38,710 nucleotides of DNA from Armatimonadota bacterium (GTDB taxonomy: Bacteria > Armatimonadota > UBA10988): the NCBI GenBank assembly GCA_016235455.1, contig JACRKZ010000171.1, positions 1 through 38,710 of the forward strand. The letters are read 5' to 3'. Every line of letters begins with the position of its first letter. Positions within the stretch are counted from its first letter, which is position 1. Of this stretch, positions 17,031 through 26,700 are shown piece by piece. Below the pieces are notes generated by a model, which saw only the letters and a list, made by a program, of their open reading frames with translations, was not told where the DNA came from and ran no database searches. The translations under genes and the position numbers were made by a program.

Positions 17031-18260
17031 ATGGACGCTGCCCTGATCATCGCCGACGCCTGCTTCGACGGCGAACGCCATCGGCCCGAGCCGACCTCCA
17101 TCCTGATCGAGGATGGCTGCATCACCCAGATGGCCAGCGGCGTGTTGTCGACCGGTACCGCCTCGACCGTGGCGCGCGTGCCGTTCGCCATGCCCGGCCT
17201 CATGGAGGCGCACTGCCACCTGTTCCTGGACGGCGACGAGACCGACCAGGCCATCCGCGCCGACCATCTGCGCAAGCCGTTCGAGGGCCTGCTGGCCACG
17301 GCGCATCGCAGCCTGGAGCAGTTGCAGGCGGCGGGCATCACGGCCATCCGCGATGCCGGCGATGCTCATGGCGTGAACACCGCGATCAAGACAGAGCTGA
17401 CCACCAGCACAGCCTACGCGCCTGATATGCTCTCGGCCGGCCTGGCTATCCGCCGAGCCAAGCGCTACGGCGCGTTCCTGGGCGTCGAGACCACGGGGCT
17501 GGAGGACCTGCCGCGCGTGCTGGCCCAGGTGGCGCCCACGGCCGACTTCATCAAAATCATGCTCAGCGGCATCATCGACTTCGAATCGGGCACGGTGAAG
17601 GGCGCGCCGCAGTTCGACGTGGCGGAGGCCACGCTGATCCAGGAGACCGCGCAGCGGCTCGGCGGCCGCACCGCGGCGCACATCAGCGGCCTCGACGGGC
17701 TCAAGGTGGCCACCGAAGCGGGGCTGAACACCATCGAACACGGCTTCTTCATGACCCGCGAGATCCTGGCGGTCATGCGCGACAAGCAGATCGCCTGGGT
17801 GCCCACGTTCATGCCGGTGCACTTCCAGTGGGCCTATCCCGAGTACTGCGGCTGGAACGAGGCCACGGTCGGCCAGCTCCGGCGCATCCTGGACAACCAT
17901 GACGAGCATCTGGTGGCCGCCTATGACATGGGCGTGCCGGTGGTGGCCGGGTCGGATGCCGGTAGCTACGGCTCGCCGCACGGCCGATCGCTGGTCGAGG
18001 ATCTGGTGCTCATGAGCCGCACCGGCGCGCCGCTGGAGAAGATCCTGGCCTCCGCGACCAGTGTGCCGCGCGGTCTGTGGGGCCTGCCCAGCGCCAACCT
18101 GGCGGTCGGGGCTGAGGCCAATGTGTTGTGCCTCGCCGGCTCGCCGTTCCGCAATGTGGAGTACGTGCGCCAACCGCGAGCGCTGTACCACCGTGGCTGG
18201 CGGTTCGGCGCGCCCGTGGCCGAACGGCGGCGGGAGACGGTGGCGGCGGCCGCCAGCTAG
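17031..18260 (+). CDS. Metal-dependent amidohydrolase family protein (Xaa-Pro dipeptidase-like subgroup), 409 aa
   Basis: PGLMEAHCHL (HxH), GITAIRDAG, FIKIM, AAH, TIEHG and AGSDAG. ATG 17031 lies 5 bp after the previous stop. Confidence 0.88.
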   Translation: MDAALIIADACFDGERHRPEPTSILIEDGCITQMASGVLSTGTASTVARVPFAMPGLMEAHCHLFLDGDETDQAIRADHLRKPFEGLLATAHRSLEQLQAAGITAIRDAGDAHGVNTAIKTELTTSTAYAPDMLSAGLAIRRAKRYGAFLGVETTGLEDLPRVLAQVAPTADFIKIMLSGIIDFESGTVKGAPQFDVAEATLIQETAQRLGGRTAAHISGLDGLKVATEAGLNTIEHGFFMTREILAVMRDKQIAWVPTFMPVHFQWAYPEYCGWNEATVGQLRRILDNHDEHLVAAYDMGVPVVAGSDAGSYGSPHGRSLVEDLVLMSRTGAPLEKILASATSVPRGLWGLPSANLAVGAEANVLCLAGSPFRNVEYVRQPRALYHRGWRFGAPVAERRRETVAAAAS

Positions 18261-20335
18261 AGCACGAACGAGACGCGCCGCACCTGGGTCTGCCCGCCGG
18301 CCAGCAACTTGACCGCGGCCTCCGCCACATGCGTGCCGGCGGCCAGGTCGGGCAGCTCCGCCAGCAAGTGCGGGTCGGGCAGGTTCCCGCTGCGCGCCAC
18401 GCTGCGCGTCGTTACCGGCTGGCCGTCGACCGTCAGCCGGTCCAGCGCCACCAGTGGCGCTTGCGGCGCGCCGTTGCGGGTGCACGCGTGCCACAGCCGC
18501 ACCCGGAGCACCGCGCCGCGCTCGGGTCGCGGCGACTCCAGCGTGTCCCGCGCGGTGACCGCGGCCAGCGCCAGCCAGGGGCCGCGCGGTGCTTCGCCCG
18601 GTTCTGGCCACCAGCGCCACTCTGCCAGCCGCGCGTGGATCCCCGTGGTGCCGCCGTACAGCCGGGTGCGCTCGCCGGTGAGCGCGTCATGCCGCACGGC
18701 AGCCACGCGGTGGCTGGCCAGCGCCGCCAGCCAGCCGTCCCATGTCGGCTCCTCGGCGGCGAACAGCGTCACGAACCCGGCCAGGTTGTCGCGCCACCAC
18801 CACGACTCGCCGCCGTGGGCGTCCTGGAGCGAGACGAACGGCAGGCGGTGCCGCCAGCGGTAGAGGAAGGGCTGGTTGACCAGGAAGTCCGGATTGCCAA
18901 AGTGGTGCGTGGCGATGGCCGCATAGCCGTGCGGGCGCTCGTCATCGAGCACGATGCGGGCAAACTCCTCGCTCTCCAGGTACTGCCAGACCATGCGCCC
19001 ACCGCCGGCCGCCAAGGGCTCCAGGCGCCTGGCCCGGAAGGCTTCATAGCCCAGACCCGGCTGGTTGGCCGCCGACGCGCCCAGGTCGGCGCCGGCCGGG
19101 CCCATGGGGTCGGCCAGATGGCTGTAGGTGCCCAGGCCCGGCAGGCGGTAGAAGGTGCCGTACTCCTCGTTGCCCACGCCGAACAGCGTCTTGACGTCAC
19201 GCTCGGTCGCCAGCCGCTGGGCTTGCGCCAGCCAGGCCGGCGCGGCGTTCTTGGCCAGCCAGAGATCGATGTGCAGGTCGCGCGCCAGGTCCACCGCGTC
19301 CGACGGACTGCCGTTGCCGGGCGCCTGGATCTGCGCGCGGAACAGCTTCAGGCTCGCCGGCCAGACCGGCGTGGCGGTCGGCACCGGCGGCGGCGGCGCG
19401 ACCCTCTGGTCCAACGCGCCGAGCGCCGCCAGCGTGTCCACCGCGTACCACGTCGCCACGGGGTTAGCGGGCCAGCCGGGTCGATCGCCGAACCCACCGT
19501 CGGCACAGCGCAGCCGCCCGAGCCAGGCCAGGCAGGCGGGCGCATCGGCCAGCGTGCCGCCCAGCAGCTTCAGCGACTGAACCGTCGCCCAGGTGTAGGC
19601 CACATCATCCACCGCCGACAGTGTGGCCGACGGTCCGTAGGTACAGCCTCCATTGGGCTGCTGGCAGCCGCGCAGCCAGGCGATGGTGGCGGCCTGGTCG
19701 GCCAGTGGCCAGCCGAGCGTCCGTTGTGCCCACAGGCCCCACCAGGTGTTGAGCACATGGCCGTCGCTGCCGTCGGCGGCGGGCGTGTGGTTGAACGTGC
19801 CGTTGGGCCGGCGACGGGCGCGCAGGTTGTCGAGCAGGGCGGGTGACACCTGGCCCGGCGGCAACCCGACCAGCGCACGGCATTGGATCTTGGCCATCTC
19901 GTGCTGCAGCGGCGACTGGCCCGACGGCTCATACTGCGCCGGGTAGCGCGTCAGCTCGGACCAGACCTTGTCGCGGTCGCGCCAGGCGGCCACATCCTGG
20001 CCGAGCCAGACCAGGCTCTGGATCTGCTGATAGTCGAAGTAGCGCAGGTTGTACTCGGGCTTCTTGCCCTCTTGGGGATGCGCCCGGCGCACGAACGCAG
20101 CCAACTGCGCGACGCGCGGCGGCGTCTGACCGAGCCGTTGGTAGCAGCCGATGATAGCCCAGGTCGGCGTCAGGTGTGACTCGGGCTGGTCGGGCCAGGC
20201 ATAGCCGCCGTCGGGCCGAGCGTGGATCTCCAGGTAGGCGATCAGCGGGTCGGTCGGCGCGGGCGCCGACTGCCCGGCCCGTGCCAGCGCGCCGAGGCCG
20301 GCCACGGCCAGCAGTGCGTCACGTCGGTCCATCAT
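18257..20335 (-). CDS. TAT-exported protein with prenyltransferase/squalene-oxidase-like repeats and an uncharacterised, possibly PHP-like C-terminal domain, 692 aa
   Basis: TAT-like signal MMDRRDALLAVAGLGALARA. Repeats HARPDGGYAW, RRRPNGTFNH, CQQPNGGCTY and LRCADGGFGD. C-terminal GNEEYG, SHLAD and LQDAHG. The ATG overlaps the upstream TGA (ATGA). Confidence 0.7.
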   Translation of the reverse strand: MMDRRDALLAVAGLGALARAGQSAPAPTDPLIAYLEIHARPDGGYAWPDQPESHLTPTWAIIGCYQRLGQTPPRVAQLAAFVRRAHPQEGKKPEYNLRYFDYQQIQSLVWLGQDVAAWRDRDKVWSELTRYPAQYEPSGQSPLQHEMAKIQCRALVGLPPGQVSPALLDNLRARRRPNGTFNHTPAADGSDGHVLNTWWGLWAQRTLGWPLADQAATIAWLRGCQQPNGGCTYGPSATLSAVDDVAYTWATVQSLKLLGGTLADAPACLAWLGRLRCADGGFGDRPGWPANPVATWYAVDTLAALGALDQRVAPPPPVPTATPVWPASLKLFRAQIQAPGNGSPSDAVDLARDLHIDLWLAKNAAPAWLAQAQRLATERDVKTLFGVGNEEYGTFYRLPGLGTYSHLADPMGPAGADLGASAANQPGLGYEAFRARRLEPLAAGGGRMVWQYLESEEFARIVLDDERPHGYAAIATHHFGNPDFLVNQPFLYRWRHRLPFVSLQDAHGGESWWWRDNLAGFVTLFAAEEPTWDGWLAALASHRVAAVRHDALTGERTRLYGGTTGIHARLAEWRWWPEPGEAPRGPWLALAAVTARDTLESPRPERGAVLRVRLWHACTRNGAPQAPLVALDRLTVDGQPVTTRSVARSGNLPDPHLLAELPDLAAGTHVAEAAVKLLAGGQTQVRRVSFVL

Positions 20336-21501
20336 TGGCCCCAGCAGAGCTGCCACCGCGCGCTTGGCATCGGCGGCACCCGCTCGGCGTACTTGCCGTC
20401 GGGCCACAGGCGCGCCGCCCGGCAGACCAGGCCGGCGAGGCCCTCATCCGGCCCCTTCAGCGCCTTGATCTGCTCGTGCGGCCAGGTGCTGCGCTCGGCG
20501 ATGTACGGCAGTAGATAGTCCAGCGCGGCGCGGATGCCACGGCCATCGTCGGTGTGGTAGCCATAGAGATCCACGTCGGCATGGCGGCCGATCTCGGCCA
20601 GGTTGAACCAGGCCGTCAGGTTCATGCCGCTGTAGCCGAACGAGTTGGTGCGCGCCAACTCCTCGGGCTGGCGGCCATCGGGCTGGATCTGGTGGGCCAG
20701 CTGCGCCTTGGCGCCTTCCAGCGTGGCCTTGGCCAGCGCGGTGTCGCCGGTGAGCAGCGCCATGCTGGCGACCTGCACCATGTACCAGGTGCGGTGGTTG
20801 TTGGTGGTGCGGGCCTCCTCCTGGCCATTCCGGCTGTCGCGCAGCCACTTCAGGTAGGCGCCGAACCAGGTGACCAGGCCGTCACGCAGTTCAGGCGTGA
20901 AGGCCCGCGCGCCCTCGAGCAGGCCCAGCGCGTCCGCTACGGGCACCAGCGAGGTCGTGTCGATGATACCGATGCCGCGGCCCTGGGTGATGCCGGGGAT
21001 GGCCTGGCCGTAGTTGAGGTTCGGGTTCATCCGCGTTGCCGGATCGAGGAACCAGACGCGCAGCAGCTCGACCGCGCGGTCGGCGTAGGGCTCATGTCCG
21101 GTCAGGTACCAGGCCAGGGCCAGCGTGGCGACCGACGAGGCCATGCGGCCCAGCGCGCCGGTGTCGGTGCCGGCACCGTCGCGGCTCTCGGGGTTGACCT
21201 CGCCGTCGCGGCGGATATACGGCTTGCCGTCGGGCTTGGCGGGGTCGGGCCACCAGTAGGGGCCCATGCTCATGTAGTCGTGCTTGTCGCCGCTGGGCGG
21301 AACGATGGTCTTGTCCATGACCGAGGGCGGCCGGCCGGCCAGCGCCTTGTCGGCCTCGGCGCGCAGGCGGGTCAGCGCGGGGTCGTCGGGCTTGACCGCG
21401 GCCCTGGCGGCGAGGAGGCGCGCGCCGTCGAGGGTGAAGACCCGCGGCGGCTCGGCCGAGCCGGCGGCGACGGTCAGAAGCAGGCATAGCGACAGATTCA
21501 T
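20332..21501 (-). CDS. Alginate/glucuronan lyase family protein (Alginate_lyase domain, PL38-like), paralog B, 389 aa
   Basis: Signal peptide; PPSGDKHDYMSMGPYWWPD, YIRRDGEVNPE, WFLDPATRMNPNLNYGQ, catalytic-type NNH and QPEELART. Confidence 0.88.
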   Translation of the reverse strand: MNLSLCLLLTVAAGSAEPPRVFTLDGARLLAARAAVKPDDPALTRLRAEADKALAGRPPSVMDKTIVPPSGDKHDYMSMGPYWWPDPAKPDGKPYIRRDGEVNPESRDGAGTDTGALGRMASSVATLALAWYLTGHEPYADRAVELLRVWFLDPATRMNPNLNYGQAIPGITQGRGIGIIDTTSLVPVADALGLLEGARAFTPELRDGLVTWFGAYLKWLRDSRNGQEEARTTNNHRTWYMVQVASMALLTGDTALAKATLEGAKAQLAHQIQPDGRQPEELARTNSFGYSGMNLTAWFNLAEIGRHADVDLYGYHTDDGRGIRAALDYLLPYIAERSTWPHEQIKALKGPDEGLAGLVCRAARLWPDGKYAERVPPMPSARWQLCWGQ

Positions 21502-22685
21502 GGTTGGTGTGCCTCGTTGGCCGCCGGCCAGAGCAACTGCAGTCGGGCAGGCGCCAGTTCCTTGGCGAGCGGCGCGAGCATGGCCTCGTAGCGCGGTTCG
21601 CCGTAGACCAGAGCGGCTTGTCGCAGCAGGCTGGCCAGGGTCTGGTCGGGCACGCGGACCGTCTCGATCTGCTTGTCCTTCCAGCTGGTCGGATCGGCCA
21701 GGTAGGGAGCCAGGTAATCCAGTGCGACGCGCAGGCAGCGACCATCGTCGGTGCGATAGTTGTACAGGTCGACGTCCAGATTGCGGCCGATCTGGGCCAG
21801 GCTGAACCATGCGTTCAGGTTGTAGACCGAGTAGGTGTAGGATTTGGTGCGCCGGAGTTCCAGCGGCTGTCGGCCGTCGGGCTCGATGTGGCTGGCCAGC
21901 AGCGGTTTGGCGCCCTCGACCAGCGCGCGTGCTTCGTCGCGCTGGCCGGCGAACAGCGCGAACGCCGCCGCCTGCACGCGATACCAGGTGCCGTGGTTGT
22001 TGGCCGCGCGTTCCTCGTTGCGGCCGTTGTGGCTGGTGCGCATCCAGCGGTAGTAGTCGCCGAACCACGTGGCAAGCGCGTCATGCACCGTCGGCGTGTA
22101 AGCAGGCGCGCCCTCGATCAGGCCCAACGCGTCCACCATCGGCACCAGCGCCGTGGTGTCGATGATGCCCGTGCCACTGCCGGTCCACTTGCCGGGCACG
22201 CCCTGGGCGAAGTTGAGGTGCGGGTTCATGCGCGTGGCTTCGTCGAGGAACCAGACGCGCAGGAAGGCCACGGCTTTGTCGGCGTAGGGCTCATGGCCGG
22301 TGTAGTACCAGGCCAGCGCCAGGCTGGTCACGGCGCCCGCCATCTGCACCAACGGGTCGTGGTCGGCGCCGATGCGGCTCTCGGGATTCACCTCGCCATC
22401 ACGGTTGATCCAGGGCAGCCCGTCGGGTTTGGCCGGGTCGGGCCAGGCATAGGTGCCCAGGCTCAGGTAGTCGTGCTTGTCGCCGCTGGGCGGCATGCGG
22501 GTCTTGTTCATCACCGACGGCGGTGTGAGTGCCAGCGCCTTGTCGGCCTCGCGCCGGAGCCGGCCGAGCGCTGGGTCGGCCGGCGTGAGCCGGGCTTTGC
22601 CGTCGGCGACTCGCGCCGGGTCGAGGCAGACCAGGTGGGGTGTGCCAGCAGCGACGGCCAGCAACAGGCAGAGGGCGAGGTTCAT
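21498..22685 (-). CDS. Alginate/glucuronan lyase family protein (PL38-like), paralog A, 395 aa
   Basis: Signal peptide; PPSGDKHDYLSLGTYAWPD, RDGEVNPE, RMNPHLNFAQ, NNHGTWY and QPLELRRT. ATGA overlap with paralog B. Confidence 0.88.
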   Translation of the reverse strand: MNLALCLLLAVAAGTPHLVCLDPARVADGKARLTPADPALGRLRREADKALALTPPSVMNKTRMPPSGDKHDYLSLGTYAWPDPAKPDGLPWINRDGEVNPESRIGADHDPLVQMAGAVTSLALAWYYTGHEPYADKAVAFLRVWFLDEATRMNPHLNFAQGVPGKWTGSGTGIIDTTALVPMVDALGLIEGAPAYTPTVHDALATWFGDYYRWMRTSHNGRNEERAANNHGTWYRVQAAAFALFAGQRDEARALVEGAKPLLASHIEPDGRQPLELRRTKSYTYSVYNLNAWFSLAQIGRNLDVDLYNYRTDDGRCLRVALDYLAPYLADPTSWKDKQIETVRVPDQTLASLLRQAALVYGEPRYEAMLAPLAKELAPARLQLLWPAANEAHQP

Positions 22686-22791
22686 GCCCGCGCATTCGTC
22701 GTGCGTTACCGATTCCCTACCGCGATGTGATCGGCCCTGGTGGCAGCCGCCGCGCGGCACGCTAGACTCGCAAGCAGGGAGTGAGATCGCC

Positions 22792-23640
22792 ATGTGTGCA
22801 AACGATCCGTCACGGCGGCGCCTGTGGGTCAGCGGGCTGCTGCTGGCTGGCGCGGTGCTGTTGGGCGCGTGCTCATCGAGCAGCCTGGCGCCGATTGTGC
22901 CCGTCACCGGGCGCATGACCAACCTGTTCTTCCTGCACCACTCGGTGGGCGACGGCATGGTCACCACCGGCAACATGCGCGGCGCGGTGACCACCTACAA
23001 CGCCGCGCACGCCACGTCGTTCGTGCTGTGGGACCATGGCTACAACGCCGACGGCCTGCGCAACGCCGGGGGCACCCAGACCGGCACCAACTACGGCGTG
23101 CCCGACGACAACACCGACCCGGTCGGGCTGTTCGGCCTGTGGACCGGCACTGAGGCGGCACAGGTAGCCTGTCGGCAGCGTATTCTGAGCAACCACCAGG
23201 TCATCGCCGTCAAGTCGTGCTTCCCCAACTGCGCCATCCCCGACGCGGCCACGGTGGCGCAGTACAAGACCTGGTACCTGGCCATGCGCGACGTCTTCGA
23301 CACGCGGCTCGACCGGCTGTTTGTGGTGGTCACCTCGCCGCCGCTGCACCGTCTGGGCACCAACCCGGTCGAGGCGGCCAACGCGCGGCTGGTGGCCGAC
23401 TGGCTGGGCAGCGCCGAGTTCCTCGGTGGTCACCCCAACGTGCGCTGCTTCGACCTGTTCAACCTGTTGGCCCGGCCGGCGGACGACGCCACGGCGCCCA
23501 ACACGCTGCGCGCGGAGTATGAGCAGGACCCCGCCGCCGACGAGTCGCATCCCAACGACGCGGGCTACCAGGCCACTGGCCCAGCTCTGGCGGCCTACCT
23601 GTGCGAGCAGGCGGCAGCCTATGAGGTGCCGACGCGCTGA
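22792..23640 (+). CDS. SGNH/GDSL-like lipoprotein, 282 aa
   Basis: SRRRLW followed by lipobox LLGAC. FFLHHSVG (Ser block I-like), KSCF and C-terminal DESHPN (DxxH-like). ATG follows GGGAG. Confidence 0.65.
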   Translation: MCANDPSRRRLWVSGLLLAGAVLLGACSSSSLAPIVPVTGRMTNLFFLHHSVGDGMVTTGNMRGAVTTYNAAHATSFVLWDHGYNADGLRNAGGTQTGTNYGVPDDNTDPVGLFGLWTGTEAAQVACRQRILSNHQVIAVKSCFPNCAIPDAATVAQYKTWYLAMRDVFDTRLDRLFVVVTSPPLHRLGTNPVEAANARLVADWLGSAEFLGGHPNVRCFDLFNLLARPADDATAPNTLRAEYEQDPAADESHPNDAGYQATGPALAAYLCEQAAAYEVPTR

Positions 23641-23654
23641 CCAGCCTGAACCAG

Positions 23655-23767
23655 TGCCGGACCGCCACGCGCCAGCGTGGCATCGGCCGCAGGCCGGCTC
23701 CGCCTCGCCGCCGTTGGGAACGTTGGGGCTTCGCCCCAATGCCACGCTGGAGCGTGGCGGTCCGGCA
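23655..23767. repeat. REP doublet (REPIN-like inverted pair of palindromic units) between convergent genes
   Basis: tgccggaccgccacgcgccagcgtggcatcgg (23655-23686) and its near-perfect reverse complement (23736-23767, 2 mismatches). Each unit contains the hairpin GCCACGC-N4-GCGTGGC. An inner ttggggcTTCGccccaa hairpin is also present. Confidence 0.8.
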
Positions 23768-23772
23768 TGGTC

Positions 23773-26700
23773 CTACTCGATCCGCAGCACGGTGAACGAC
23801 CGTGGCGGGAAGACCAGGCCGCGCTGCGCCATGTCCCACGTCGACTCCCGCGGCACGATGGCCGTTGGTTCCGCGGCGGTGTTGGTCGCCTCGCGCGCAC
23901 CGGACAGTTGCGTCATCTTGGCCGTCCTGCTCGTCGGCCGGAAGTCGACCAGGTCGAAGTTGGCCGTCACCGGCTGGTCCTCGGCGTTGACCACCTGCAG
24001 CACCAGATGCCGACCGTCCGCGCTGGCTTTGACCGTGACGTCGAACAGGTTCGGCGCGCCGGACACGTCGCAGCGCACCACGTTGGGCTGCCAGGCGCGC
24101 GACAGCATCTGCGTCACGTAGCCCGGCGGCTGTAGCCACGTGCTGGTCGGATTGAGGAACAGCAGGCCCTGGTCCCAGCCGTTGTCGTTCTGGCCGTCCG
24201 GCTGCAGGCAGTTGGCCGAGGTGATGATCGGTAGACGGCCGTCGCGCTCCAGGCGGTTCGTGGCCAGGGCATTGCCCAGCGCGCGGTTCTGGTCGTGGCG
24301 GTTGGCGTTGTACTCGAACACCACCACGCGATGCTTCGCGCCCTCGGCGATCTTGTCCAGCGCGTTGATGAACGACACCATCGCGTCGAACGACGACTCA
24401 GGCTTCTGCGGCCGCTCGGTCCAGATGTGCAGATCGAACCAGACCTCGCGGCCGTGCTCCTTGGCCAGCCGCAAGATGCGCTGTTGACCGGCAAGCGAGG
24501 TGATGCCGCTGGCCGCGCCGCCGAACCGGAACGGGTCGGCGATGCGCTCGTTGTAGACGAAGTCGCCTACCACCAGGATGATCGCCGGGTCCCTGGCCCA
24601 GATGGCCTTGGCCAGCGCCTCGAACCGGGCCGCATAGGCCTCGTCCACCCGCTCTTCGTTGCCCAGTTGCAGGTACCGGAGCCGGTACGGCGCCGGATGG
24701 CCGTCAGCCGCGCGGCGCCGGCCCCATTCGCTGTCGGCGGGCGCCTTGGCATAGTCGATGAAGGCGGCCATGTCCTCGGGCGTCTCGCCCATGTTGAAGG
24801 CCGGCACATACTCGAGCCCGGCGGCCTCGCACAGGTTCATGAAGTCGACGATGCCCCAGCCGTTGCTTGAGTAGGGGTACCACAAGCCCTTGTAAGGCGG
24901 TCGCTGGTCGCGCGGGCCGATCATCTTGCGCCAGCGGTAGCCGTCGTTGTTGACCATCGACCCGCCGTAGCGCAGCACGGTGACGCCCTGCTCGATCAGC
25001 TTCTCGGCCACATCACGCCGGACTGGCAGGCCACGGAACCGGCCCCATTCGCCCGGCTGCAGGAACACATGGCCCAGCGTCACGCTGCCCGGCTCGGCCA
25101 AGGTGAGCGCCAGCCGGCCAGCACTGTCCGCCGCATGGGGCGTCAGCGCGAACGGCAGCCGACGCCACTCGCCCGGCGCCACGCTCAGCGTCGTGGTCGC
25201 GTAAGTCTTGGCGCCATCGCGGCTCTGCAAGGCCACATGCAGCGTCGCCGCCTGCTCACAGCGGGCCCAGACCAACCCCTCATACGGCTTGCCGGCCACC
25301 AGGCCCAGGCCCCAGCGGTTCAGGCCCTGGTTCTCCACGCCCACCGTGCCCGTGCCGCTCACGAAGCGGATCTGCTGCGATTGCGCGCCGACGAACGGCT
25401 TCTCGCCCACCAGCGCGTATTCGCCTTGGGCCTGGCCCGTGCGCACCGGCCGCCACATGCCGCTGATCGCCGGCGCCGGCGGCGTCTTCTCGATGGTCAG
25501 CGGCTCGGGCTGTGCGCCGGTCTTGACCCACAGGCCGCGGAACTCGGCGGTCTTCTTCCAGACGCGCAGGCCCAGCGTGCCGGTGGTCAGGGCCTCGGCG
25601 CCGTCGTCGTACTTCAGCACCGAGCGGCCGTCGACCAGGATCTCGATGACGCTGCCCGTCAGCCGCGCTTCGAGGCTGATCCAGCGGCCCACGGCCACCT
25701 CGCACGGCTCGTCGCGCAGCAGCGCGAAGGCGTGCCGGTGCCGGCCCAGGCGCAGCATCTGGCGTTGCGGGTCGAGCGCCACCTCGTAGCCGTTGAACGT
25801 GTCGGCACCCACGCCCGCGTCGGACACCCGCACGATGAGCCCGGCGTTGTCACCTTCGCGTTGCTCGAAGCGCACCTGCACACCCACCGCGCCGTCGCCG
25901 AAGGCCGGGCGCTCGGCGATCAGCTTGGGCCCGTCATCGCCGGTGATCTTGAGGCTGTCACCGCCGGCCTGCCACTGACCGCCCAGTGTGCGGAACCCGG
26001 CGACCGCGGCGGGTACGGGTGGCTCCTGGAAGCTCTCGCCAAAGACCATCTGGCTGTAGATTCCGCCGTAGATCTCGTGATTCACATCCTCGATGCAAGC
26101 GCCCGTAAGCAGCCGGCTGACCGGGTGCAGCACCTCGCGCGGATGCACGGCCACGCTCACCGGCGCCGGCGCGGGTTCCGCCTTGAGCGGGTTGTCGGCC
26201 AGCCACACGGCCATCTCGGCCGGCTCGCGATTGGCGTTGGCGTAGTAGGGGATGGCCGTGAACTCTACGGGCGGCCAGTCGGGCGCCTGAGCGCCCTGGT
26301 ACAGTTCGCCCGGCCAGGCCGACGCGCGCACCGACCGCGCCGTGCCGCGGATGACGGTCACACCCCCCAGCAGCGCTTTGTCATGCACCGCGCGCAGCGG
26401 CGCCTCGGTCGGCAGCAGCAGGTCGCGCACATGCCCGCCGGTGTCCAGCGCCTCGACGCAGTAGACCAGCGGCCCGCGCCGCAGCGCCACGCGGCCGATG
26501 TTGGCCTCGATCAGTGGATTGGCCTTGACGCGCTCGACGGGCATGGGCAGGTCGAGCGTCAGCTCGTCGCCCGGCTGCCACACCCGGCGCAACACGGCAT
26601 AGCCACGGTCGCGGATGATGGCCTGCGCGCGGCCGTTGAGGGTCAGCTTGGGTGCGGCGCACCAGGCCGGCAGCCGCAGCCGCAGCGCGAACTCGGTGGC

